Below, one piece after another: positions 10,588 through 20,700 of a stretch of 32,000 nucleotides of DNA. The position numbers and the translations under genes were made by a program. Numbering within the stretch: the stretch's first letter is position 1; every line of letters begins with the position of its first letter. The stretch is from Mycobacterium leprae TN (lineage in GTDB: Bacteria; Actinomycetota; Actinomycetes; Mycobacteriales; Mycobacteriaceae), in NCBI RefSeq assembly GCF_000195855.1, contig NC_002677.1, forward strand, positions 60,001 to 92,000, written 5' to 3'. The notes beneath the pieces were generated by a model. It was not told the DNA's origin. It did no database searches and saw nothing but the letters and a program-made list of their open reading frames with translations.

Positions 10588-11093
10588 TTTTGCCGAAGTA
10601 TATTGTTGGAGAACATTTCTGCTTCTGCAGCAGCCTGTTCCGACGTGGGCAAATTTAGGGTCAGCCCTACTAGTTCACATCTGGCGGTTGTGTTTTCTCC
10701 GCCGCCTTGGAGGCTGTCGAGTATGCAAGTGCCCTGGGAGGTTCGCGCCTTCTGCCGAGCCAAGCTAGCAAGGACAAAGGCCTCTGTTGCGGGCTTCTTT
10801 TCGCCAATCCGAGTCACTTGGTCGGTCAGCTCAACCTGGTGGACTCTGCCGTTCATGAGTGCCGACACCGACTTGGCGGGGTTCGTCACCGCGAGTAGCT
10901 CGACCTCAAGCTCCTCCTCCGGTTCAGTCAGAGATTGGAAGACGTCTAGATCGTTGGCTTCGATGCCCACTGGCGTTGTCGGCGCATAACCATCGAGCTC
11001 GTCGAAAAACAACGACTCCTCGTAGTAGCGGTTGGCGCTGTAGAAATCTAGGCTTGCCAAGTGATTATCGTCGTCATTCCCGAGCAGGTTCAC
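10584..11093 (-). CDS. espH: ESX-1 associated protein EspH, likely GTG start
   Basis: C-terminal half of the 338 aa track ORF: VNLLGNDDDNHLASLDFYSANRYYEESLFFDELDGYAPTTPVG...VELTDQVTRIGE...VLASLARQKARTSQ...VGLTLNLPTSEQAAAEAEMFS. GTG at 11093 gives 169 aa and matches the EspH N-terminal pattern (..GNDDDH.DLDALDF). Confidence 0.85.
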   Translation of the reverse strand: MNLLGNDDDNHLASLDFYSANRYYEESLFFDELDGYAPTTPVGIEANDLDVFQSLTEPEEELEVELLAVTNPAKSVSALMNGRVHQVELTDQVTRIGEKKPATEAFVLASLARQKARTSQGTCILDSLQGGGENTTARCELVGLTLNLPTSEQAAAEAEMFSNNILRQK

Positions 11094-12070
11094 TGTGGAG
11101 TCCCTTTCTAAAATCGCAGCACGAAGAGTAAGAAGGAAGTTACCTCTGGAAGGAGTGTCGTAAACGTGATCTAACCAGGAGCCCGCTGGTAGCAGCTCCA
11201 TCAGGTTGTTGAAGGCGACCTGTAGGTTTTGCTGAATGCCCGACAGGAAGCTCCCGTACAGTTCGTTACCAACCCGACGGGGCAGCGCGACACCAACCTG
11301 CCCTGCGCGGAGTCGAGAACCCCTTACAGCTGTGTCCGTGTATGTTGTCGTGCCTCCCGGCGGGCGTTGAGTAACGATGATCGCCAACCAGTTGGACGGG
11401 TTCCTGAGGAACTTGCCATAGATGCAGGCTGAGCTCGGTTGGACACCTTGTCCGACCAACTGGGCTGCGGTTCTGTACTCGGCTAGTTTTTTGGCTATGC
11501 CGGTCAGCGGTTGGACATTTGCAGACTCTGCAGGGTCCAGCATGGTGGTCACCATGCTGGCCTGGCTGATCTGTAGAGCCATTAACTGTAGTATCAGCAT
11601 GTCGTCCTATCGCGCGCCGCGATGACGACATGGCGGTCGCCCCTGCGGCACACAACGAAGGTGCACCATTTGTTGTTGCCAACATTGCGACGCCACTACC
11701 GAGTCTCCACTCCCGGTCCGGTTGTTGTTGCCAACATTGCGACGCCACTACCGAGTCTCCACTCCCGGTCCGGCCGGTTAGACGTATCTGCCATCGCTGC
11801 CAACTTCGGGTAAGGTTGGCCGTTAGCGTCCCTGAATTCCCTGGGAGGCAAGGTCACATTGCACCCGTTTCCAGACCACGGCTGGTAGTTCCTGTCTGAG
11901 GAATCATTGATTCGTATCCCGAGTGCCGTAGGGAAAGCTACAAGGTGCAATCGGTCCGTGACTACCAACATATAACATACCGTCAACATACCGTCGGTAG
12001 TCACTTCGACGCCGACCACATCGTTGACGAGGCCAGCGCGACCGGAAGCCAGCGGACCGGACATAGTCAC
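11094..12070 (-). pseudogene. espG1: Decayed espG1 (PE/PPE-specific chaperone) with multiple frameshifts and an internal 52-bp tandem duplication
   Basis: Fragments in different frames, in order: MTMSGPLASGRAGLVNDVVGVEVTTDGMLTVC / VVTDRLHLVAFPTALGIR (12070 down), FVVCRRGDRHVVIAARD (about 11650-11600), MLILQLMALQISQASMVTTMLDPAESANVQPLTGIAKKLAEYRTAAQL...QRPPGGTTTYTDTA...LPRRVGNELYGSFLSGIQQNLQ..LMELLPAGSWLDH. Order and spacing match EspG1. Confidence 0.88.
11670..11773. repeat. Two exact tandem copies of a 52-bp unit
   Basis: Unit ttgttgttgccaacattgcgacgccactaccgagtctccactcccggtccgg at 11670-11721 and 11722-11773, identical over all 52 bp. Confidence 0.97.
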
Positions 12071-12200
12071 GTCACCAATGAACCGTTTTATTTAGCGTCT
12101 GGCCGCTGAATATATCGGTGTTTAGGTCCGCGGCCGCCGGCAGCATGCAGTAGAGTCGTAAACCAAGCGAGCTACAAACCCCTGCGATGTTTGTGCTTGC

Positions 12201-12245
12201 TTGATTGCGGGTGGTCTTTAAGTCTTTGATTGCGGGTGGTCTTTA
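12201..12245. repeat. Short direct repeat, 20-bp unit with 25-bp period
   Basis: ttgattgcgggtggtcttta at 12201-12220 and 12226-12245. Confidence 0.9.
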
Positions 12246-12839
12246 GTTGTGTTCAGCATAATCATATTGTGAAGGTTGTGACCCGTTCGTCTGTAAGACC
12301 TGTTGGCGGAGCCCTGTGCCTTTTCTGGTCGAGGTTTTGACTTCGCCTGAGGTGGGGGTCACTTATCCCGCCCTGCGTTTGCAGCCACGACGAGATGACG
12401 CCCAGAATTCCTGTCATGAGTTATCTCCTCCTCTAAGTACGTTTTCTACCTACTATCTATGGTCTTGGCTCGCTAGGGTTTTGGCCTATTAGTCGAGCAG
12501 TTGCCGATGGTGTCAAAGGATGCGCGCACCCGTCTCTCCGGTTGAGTCTCCACCGGTTGCCTGTATCGGAATGCGCTCTTCACCGGCTGTGCCCGCGCCG
12601 GCTTCCTCATTCTTCGCCGCCATTCTTGTTATCGCTGATACGGGTACCCTCATGTTGTCCCCTTATGAGGCCTGCCTGTTGAGCCGCCCGCCAGCACTAC
12701 TTTCGGTGAGTTGAGGCACCTGATCAGGGTTGTCGTTAGATGGCTCATCGCTGGAACCTGCTTAAGGGGGATCAGGTTGCTAAAACCCAAAGGCGGCATA
12801 CCGAATATGCCACTTAAGATGTCGGGGAATTAGGCGAAG

Positions 12840-13689
12840 TCACTCTCCACAAAGACAACTTTCCCATGTTGCTGAATAATTCGGACAAGTTCGGCAAGTC
12901 AAGTAAACTGTAATGAGAGAGCCTGGGAATTCGAACTTAAGGAAGACTGGGAAGCTCGGGAAGTGGTGCCAGATGAATTCGAGTAGCTCGGAGATCGAAT
13001 CTGACCTTTCGGAAATGTTGAAATTTGGCGGCCATATGCCGGGGATTTTGGATATCAAGCCACCAGTCCAGTCGATCAAGCCAGGAATCAAGTTGATCAA
13101 GCCAGGAATCAAGTTGATCAAGCCAGGAATCAAGTTGATCAAGTCATTCGGCAAGTTAGCGATCATTTTTGGTAAATAGCTGAGCACTCCTTGCAAATTG
13201 GTAATCTTGGTTAGTGTCATGATAGTAAAATAGAACATGGCTCCACCGATTCCCTCCATTCACAATGGCTGTAGGCGGGGCTGGTTATCGCCGTAGGAAG
13301 CTGCATCGCCGATAAGCCAAAGACGGTTTTCCAGCCAGGTGCAAGCCCACTACGCTCACTCAACCATACACTTCAAGGTGGTTTCAGAACGTGGCACGTG
13401 GTAGAGATATCCTTGGCCTGATTCCAGACAAAATTGTTGGTTGATTTGTCAAGCTGACTCATTGTTTACGAGTGAAGCTGGTTGGCGAGGTTTTGAGCGG
13501 AATAGGCATCAGCGGACTCATCAACCCATCTAAGTCGGAAACAGTCTTGCCGATCTCTGTGTCGATTGATGTGAACATGGATGAAGAGGAGTGGAAGACA
13601 TCGCTAGGGGCGAGAATGCCCTCTCCAAGAATTAGCAACAAGTGGGAAATAACACCAATTGTCGAATCGTAAATTCCGGTTCTAGACAT
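12840..13689 (-). pseudogene. espE: Decayed espE (ESX-1 substrate/associated protein)
   Basis: Ordered minus-strand fragments: DSTIGVISHLLLILGEGILAPSDVFHSSSSMFTSIDTEIG (ORF 13459..13689); LDKSTNNFVWNQAKDISTTCHVLK (about 13450-13375, other frame); GGAMFYFTIMTLTKITNLQGVLSYLPKMIANLPNDLINLIPGLINLIPGLI...GIWPP (ORF 12840..13259). These parallel EspE ..QLLLLGEGIPDPGDIFNTGSSLF.., LDKLTGNMISNQAKYVSDTRDVL, GGALLYLTIMTLMNATNLRGIL...GLWPP. Confidence 0.82.
13057..13140. repeat. 21-bp tandem repeat (three exact copies plus one degenerate leading copy)
   Basis: aagccaggaatcaagttgatc x3 at 13078-13098, 13099-13119, 13120-13140; degenerate copy aagccaccagtccagtcgatc at 13057-13077. Resembles the known M. 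leprae VNTR locus 21-3 (from memory). Confidence 0.95.
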
Positions 13690-14449
13690 TTGAGCCTTTC
13701 CTCATACCCGCTGATTCTGTGCACTGTCTTTTTCATGTGCACCTTTGCACCGCGACGACGTCGGCATGAGCGGCAATCGGCTGAGTCCTGTAGCCCCTGA
13801 CTGTCCTATGTTGCCCCCGGAGTCTGTCTCAATTGATCTGGCTAAGCAGCGCTTCGATGGTATCGGCGGCGTTGGCGAGCACAATTTTTTGCTTCCGCGT
13901 GGATGGTTAGATCTTCTGTGAACTCGGCTGCTTGTGCAGTATCGTTAGGCCGAAAAATTGGTCGCGTTGCCGGGGTAGCATATAGACGCTGCGTCAGTGG
14001 CGTCTAGCGTGATCGCTCTGCGCCGCATCAGTTCGTCGAGGTGACGGGGTGGACCGCGCCCAGAACCTTGAATCAATTCCGGGGTAATCTGACCGACGCA
14101 GGTTGCGCGGATGGCCGGCTTTGCCCATCCTGGTGGATCCACGCCGATCATCCTGGAGGGCAACTGAAGGAGACCTCTTTCAAGTGTGGCCCCGATTTGT
14201 TTGGCGAGGTTAACTACGGGCATCTTTCGAACGTGGTGGGTGTGCCCGCGTTTATGACGCCATCCGCTGTAAGGCTGCGCTGGCTCGGGTCAAGTTCACT
14301 ACGGTGTGCAGCGCCGTCCGCTCTGGCCTGAGCTGAACCCGGATCCTGTTCGTTTGCCGCTGAGTTGCTAGTGTTGTTCGATCCCTCCGTGGGCAGGTCA
14401 TCGTGTGTGGGCAGCTTGACCAGTTTACACGTCAGCGCCTTACTCGGAA

Positions 14450-15190
14450 GTAGGGTCTCCGATCCGTCATAGGTGAAGAAATTTTCCGTGGTGGTGGTGT
14501 TGTGGTGGGCTGGTGGGGTGTGGGTGGTTGATCTGCGCTAGAAGGTTGCCGTATGTGCCGCCGACGGCCGGATCATCGATGCACTGTTCACTAACACGAT
14601 ACTGCTGCACCCGGCGGCATGCCTGCTTGCTGGCTGAGGGCCGGTCAACAAGCCGCCGACACCGATACCAGCGGCAGAAATGGTGCAAGGGATAACATCA
14701 GGTGCGAATAGTTATACCGTGCACGGGGACGTGCCTGTTCAGGTGCGGCCACATTGACCACGCCGACACCTCAAGGCCATGACATGCACACTAAAACGCC
14801 CCTACCCCGCGGCGCTAACAACTATCCTCACACTCACGCCTGCATCGATATCGCCTTCAGCACAGCCCAGGTGCCCAGCCCCTGGCATCATCAACATGTA
14901 GACCAAGCAGCATCCACCACCGACATGCTTACGTGCGCCGCGCTAATCGTGTCCACTGCGGCAAAGCACACGAAGCCTCATCGAAAGCAGGCAGTCAGCC
15001 ACCCACCAACAAAAACCCCGCAACACAGCAAAACACGTCAACAACCTGCAGTTCAAGGGAAGCAGCGGTGGGGTAGTGGTGGGAAACCAGTACGAGGCTT
15101 CGTATGTGCGTTCACCCGGAATCGGACCCGCCCACTTGAACATAAAACAGTGTGAGAAATCAATTGATTTCTCACACTGTTTTATGTTAG
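14450..15190. repeat. RLEP dispersed repeat element (ends approximate)
   Basis: Contains the standard RLEP PCR primer sites: caccgataccagcggcagaa (14661-14680) and cctcaaggccatgacatgca (complement of TGCATGTCATGGCCTTGAGG, about 14770-14789). Exact boundaries not determinable without comparison to other copies. Confidence 0.85.
15139..15188. repeat. 50-bp perfect palindrome
   Basis: aacataaaacagtgtgagaaatcaattgatttctcacactgttttatgtt; each of 25 base pairs around the centre 15163/15164 is complementary; pairing breaks at 15138/15189. Confidence 0.97.
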
Positions 15191-17708
15191 TAATTTTCTT
15201 CGATGGCGGAGTAGCTCTTAATTCGGTTCGGACCGGAATACGGCGACCTGTCCCGCTGGGGACTCGAATTTATCGGCGGTCCCATCAAGAGCCATTCTTG
15301 AATGTTTAGCAAATCCAACCCCCAACTGGGACTGTGGTCGGAAACTCTCGAGAGCCTTGGGTCCGCTTTCTCGGAGCTGAATTAGCCTATCTTGACCTGC
15401 CAGGGAATCGACACCCGCTGGCCAATGCCCTGTAGTCCACAACTATGGTATTTGTCGCTCAGGCGGGCCTGGATAACCGGCCACTACGTAAAGTCTACCC
15501 GCAAATTCGAATGGGGTCATTGGGGTTCAGCGAGGCCGGCCCGACTTATGGTCGGGCACCGTCAGCACCATTGCGGGGCCAGTGGCTATCCTGAATTTTG
15601 CACCGCAATAATCACCTTGTTCATGGTTTTGAAGTAGCGCAGTGGACGTGGATTGGACATGTCACCACGTCTCTCTATCTTGGTCTATTTTGTGCACAGG
15701 CCGCGGTGCCGGGACATCCACTGTGTGGATGGTGTGGATTGGCCGTCCAAGTATTTTCTCCGTGTCGCGATCAAAGCATCCGGTCGGTGTAGCAAGATTA
15801 CGATGTCGGCATCCTGCTCTAGGCTTTCAGCAATTCCGCTTTAGTGAACGCATGCGGACCAGTCGGCGGGATCTGCTTACTTACGAGTTCATCAGATAAC
15901 AGCGTGTCGCGATCGCTGATATGTCGCTGTCAAAGATGGGTGCGCTGGGCACTCGGGCAGGATGGCCCGGCCACCACATCATTGCTACGTATCTGCGTGG
16001 TCCGCATGCCGGCGAAGGTGGCGGCAAAAACTGTGGGTGGCAAAAACTTACTAATGCTAGGCTCAAGTCGACGGCCAAATGTTCGACTGCCTTGTTGCGG
16101 TCCCCGCGAAATCGAGACGGCTGCAGCGAGAAATCATCGGCGGCGTTGGTAATCGACAGCGTAATCAGCTTGGTGACCTCGTCGCGTACTGGTTGGGTCA
16201 CTATGTTTGGGCAGGTCTTCGCTTAGCATGGTAATTGAGGAAAGCCACCGCTCCCGGTAACGCGTCGTTAGCTGAGGCCAACGTCTCCACGCCATCGGTA
16301 AACTCGGCGGTATTTGGTGCTCGGGTGATAGCGCGTACGGTGCAGTTTGACGTCATCGTTCACGTTCGGCGACGAGGGGATTAATTACTATATTTTAGTC
16401 GCACCGGTTACTGCTATTGTCGTGTTCAATTTGTTTTTTTGAGAACCACTATACCTGCGTTGCAGAAAATTCTTTAGGCCGTGATCGAACAGACCACTTC
16501 AACGTTCTTCCCGCAGTCGAGACCCCATCCTTTCACGGTTAGGTCATCACGATCAGCGTATCCAGATCGCTTAGGATTTCCCGGGGTGACAGTGAAGTCC
16601 ATGGTTGAACCGCAGTCGACGACCGAGATTGTGAAATACCGGTTCAGTCGTCACGCAGTTGCCCGGCCGATGGCAGGGTTGAGCACCCGGCGTGGACTGG
16701 TGCCTGGTTCGCCGACGAAGCACCGGTGCGCTTGGTGGCTGCGTTGCCGGCGAACCAGGCGGGCGTGGGGAGCAGTCCGGTGGCGCGGCGGGGCGGTCCT
16801 TGCAGAAGGTCTCGGCGGAAATACCGGGGCCATTCAGTCTGCGGACTCCTGGACTACGGACTGGATGGTCGTGCGATCAGGATGCCGCGCCCGCCGGGCC
16901 ACCAACGATCCCGCAAGAATTTCGTCGTGCTAGTGTCATGGTTCTCTGAGGCGGACCAGGCTGTCGATCCCGCGCCACCGACCGGCTGTGGCGCTGCTCC
17001 TGACCGATGAACTCCGCTCCCAGTTAGCGATGCCGGACGCGCAACCAGTGTCTGTCCATTATCGGTCACAGGGCGGTTCATTGATCGACGTAGTGCCGCT
17101 GACACTGCCTTAGCAGCCATTTTGGATTTTTATTTAGTATTGTGCAAAATCGGCGCCGATGCCCTAGTGTATCGCCGCGACTTATTCGCCATGTCCTGAG
17201 CGCAGGTGTGGGTGATTCTGGTGATATTTCTGCTAGTCTTTATCCAGACAAGGCTGCCCGGTTCATCCGGTTCTGTGGCTCGAGCGATCGTGGTAGTGGG
17301 CGTTCAATCGGTGTAGTGGCAAACTTGCTTAAAGGATTGTATTGTAGCCCATCGACCAGATGTGATTCGGGCAGCCGCGGACAGATCGCCAACCACTGTT
17401 GCGGCATGCCGCAACAGTGGTGATCGGCAAGTTGATGAATTTACACTGGCGTACGGCGGCAGGCTAGTATTAGGTAAAGTTGGCATGTCAAGCGGGTTTG
17501 GTCATAATCATTTTACGATTTGTCGGTACCGGTTACAGGGTGACCGTTCAGCGTTGCACGGACGGATAGCCAATCGAATTATCTCCGCCTTACAGGCAGG
17601 CTAGCGATAAGGCGGAAGGAGTCGAGTCCGCCACTTCCGGGGCAGGGCTTCGCCGGAGCCGCTGAAGAAGGCCACGCAGAATGTTCTGGTGAAGGGTTAG
17701 GTTAGGGA

Positions 17709-20700
17709 ATGACGGCCAAGCGCGTCGGGCTGTATAACCCCGCGTTCGAGCACGATTCGTGTGGAGTAGCCATGGTTGTCGACATGTACGGTCGGCGTAC
17801 CCGCGACATTGTGGACAAGGCGATCACCGCGCTGCTTAACCTCGAGCATCGTGGTGCGCAGGGTGCGGAGCCGCGCAGTGGTGACGGCGCAGGCATCCTT
17901 ATTCAGGTCCCAGATGCATTCTTGCGGGCAGTCGTGGATTTTGAGCTCCCCGCCGCAAGTAGCTACGCTACCGGCATTGCGTTTTTGCCGCAGTCGTCCA
18001 AAGATGCCGCGGCTGCCTGCGCCGCGGTGGAGAAAATCGCGGTGGCCGAGGGGCTGCATGTACTGGGTTGGAGAAACGTGCCCACCGACGCTTCGTCGTT
18101 AGGTGCGTTATCCCGTGATGCGATGCCCACCTTCCGGCAGGTGTTCATGGCGGGAGCCACTGGTCTGACGTTAGAACGCCGCGCCTACGTGATCCGTAAA
18201 CGTGCCGAGCATGAACTCGGCACCAAAGGCCCCGGTCAGGACGGTCCGGGGCGCGAAACCATCTACTTCCCAAGTCTGTCGAGCCAGACGTTCGTCTACA
18301 AGGGCATGCTCACCACCCCGCAACTCAAGGCATTCTACCGGGACTTGCAAGATGAACGGCTGACTAGCGCGTTAGGCATCGTGCATTCCCGGTTCTCCAC
18401 CAATACCTTCCCGTCCTGGCCGCTCGCGCATCCTTTCCGGCGCATTGCTCACAACGGCGAGATCAATACCGTCACTGGCAACGAGAACTGGATGCGGGCC
18501 CGTGAGGCGTTGATGAAGACTGACATCTTTGGGTCGAAAGCTGACATGGAGAAGCTGTTCCCGATCTGCACCCCGGGTGCCTCCGACACCGCGCGCTTTG
18601 ACGAGGCACTGGAACTGCTGCACCTGGGCGGCCGCAGCCTGGTCCACGCGGTGCTGATGATGATTCCTGAAGCCTGGGAACGCCACGAATCGATGGATCC
18701 TGCGCGCCGAGCTTTTTACCAGTACCACGCCTCTTTGATGGAGCCGTGGGACGGTCCGGCGTCGATGACATTCACCGACGGTGTTGTGGTGGGTGCTGTG
18801 CTCGACCGCAATGGCTTGCGCCCGTCGCGTATCTGGATCACCGACGCCGGATTGGTGGTGATGGCTTCCGAGGCCGGCGTGTTGGATCTCGACCCGTCGA
18901 TTGTGGTCCGCCGGATGCGACTGCAACCGGGCCGGATGTTCCTAGTGGACACCGCACAGGGGCGCATCGTCTCTGACGAAGAGATCAAAGCGAAACTAGC
19001 GGCTGAGCACCCTTACCAGGAGTGGCTTGACAAAGGTCTGGTTCCAATTGATGAGTTGCCGGCGGGCAAGTACGTGCGGATGCCGCATCATCGACTTGTC
19101 ATGCGGCAGTTGGCCTTCGGCTACACTTACGAGGAACTCAATCTGCTGGTAGCACCCATGGTCCGTGCCGGCTCTGAACCGATTGGGTCGATGGGCGCCG
19201 ATACCCCGATTGCGGTGCTGTCCCGGCGGCCCAGGATGCTTTACGATTACTTCCACCAGCTATTCGCTCAGGTGACCAACCCGCCGCTGGACGCCATTCG
19301 CGAGGAAGTGGTGACTAGCTTGCAGGGCACCACCGGGGGTGAGTACGACTTGCTCAGCCCAGACGAGAATTCCTGTCACCAGATTTGGTTGCCACAGCCG
19401 ATTCTGCGCAATTACGAGCTGGCCAAGCTGGTCAACCTCGACCCTGCCGACGAGGTCAATGGACGCCCGCATGGCATGCGGTCTACAGTGGTTAGCTGTC
19501 TGTATCCAGTTGCCGACGCCGGCGCCGGGTTGGCTGCTGCGCTGACTGAGGTGCGCGCGCAGGCATCGGCGGCTATCGTCGGCGGCGCGCGAGTAATCAT
19601 CTTGTCCGACCGCAATTCCGACGAACAGATGGCTCCGATTCCGTCGTTGCTTTCCGTTGCGGCGGTACACCACCATTTGGTGCGTGACCGCACCCGCACC
19701 CATGTGGGTCTTGTGGTGGAATCCGGTGACGCCCGAGAGGTCCACCACATGGCAGCGTTGATCGGTTTCGGTGCGGCGGCGGTCAACCCCTACCTGGTGT
19801 TCGAGTCGATCGAGGAAATGCTCGACAGAGGTGTCATCGATGGGATAGACCGCAAGACAGCATTGAATAACTATATCAAGGCTACTGGCCAAGGTGTACT
19901 TAAAATAATGTCCAAGATGGGCATTTCGACACTAGCCTCTTACGTCGGTGCGCAACTGTTCCAGGCAGTCGGCATCTCTGAAGACGTGCTGGATGAATAC
20001 TTCAGCGGGTTGAGTTGCCCAACAGGAGGAATCACCCTCGACGACATTGCTGCTGAAGTCGCAGTCCGCCATCGGGTGGCTTACTTAGACCGACCGGATG
20101 AACGTGCCCATCGCGAACTCGAAGTCGGCGGGGAATACCAGTGGCGCAGGGAAGGCGAATACCATCTGTTCAACCCGGAGACTGTCTTTAAGTTGCAGCA
20201 CGCTACGCGTAGCGGACAGTACAAGATCTTCAAGGAGTACACTCGCCTCGTCGATGACCAGAGTGAGCGGATGGCTTCGTTGCGTGGATTACTCAAATTC
20301 CGTTCAGGTGTGCGTACCCCGGTTCCTCTGGATGAAGTCGAGCCCGCGAGTGAAATCGTTAAGCGCTTTTCGACGGGAGCGATGAGCTACGGCTCGATTT
20401 CCGCTGAGGCGCACGAGACCCTTGCCATTGCGATGAACCGCCTGGGTGGTCGATCAAACAGTGGTGAAGGTGGCGAGGACGTCAACCGCTTTGAGCCCGA
20501 TCCCAATGGGGATTGGCGACGCAGTGCTATCAAGCAGGTCGCTTCTGCGCGGTTCGGGGTTACCTCGCACTACTTAACGAACTGTACTGACATCCAGATC
20601 AAGATGGCACAGGGTGCGAAACCCGGTGAAGGGGGCCAACTTCCGGGGCGGAAAGTGTACCCATGGATTGCTCAGGTACGGAACTCCACCCCCGGTGTTG

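Noticed and set aside
13057-13140. Possible CRISPR array (short regularly spaced repeats)
   Set aside because: The 21-bp units are directly contiguous with no spacers and encode an in-frame heptapeptide; this is a tandem repeat, not CRISPR.
14467-15155. ORFs inside the RLEP element (14467..14688, 14513..14695, 14754..15155)
   Set aside because: They fall within a dispersed non-coding repeat family; no transposase or other domain is evident.
17606-17632. Small inverted repeat (ggcgga...tccgcc) upstream of gltB as a riboswitch or attenuator
   Set aside because: Stem of only about 6 bp and no recognisable riboswitch consensus; too weak to claim.
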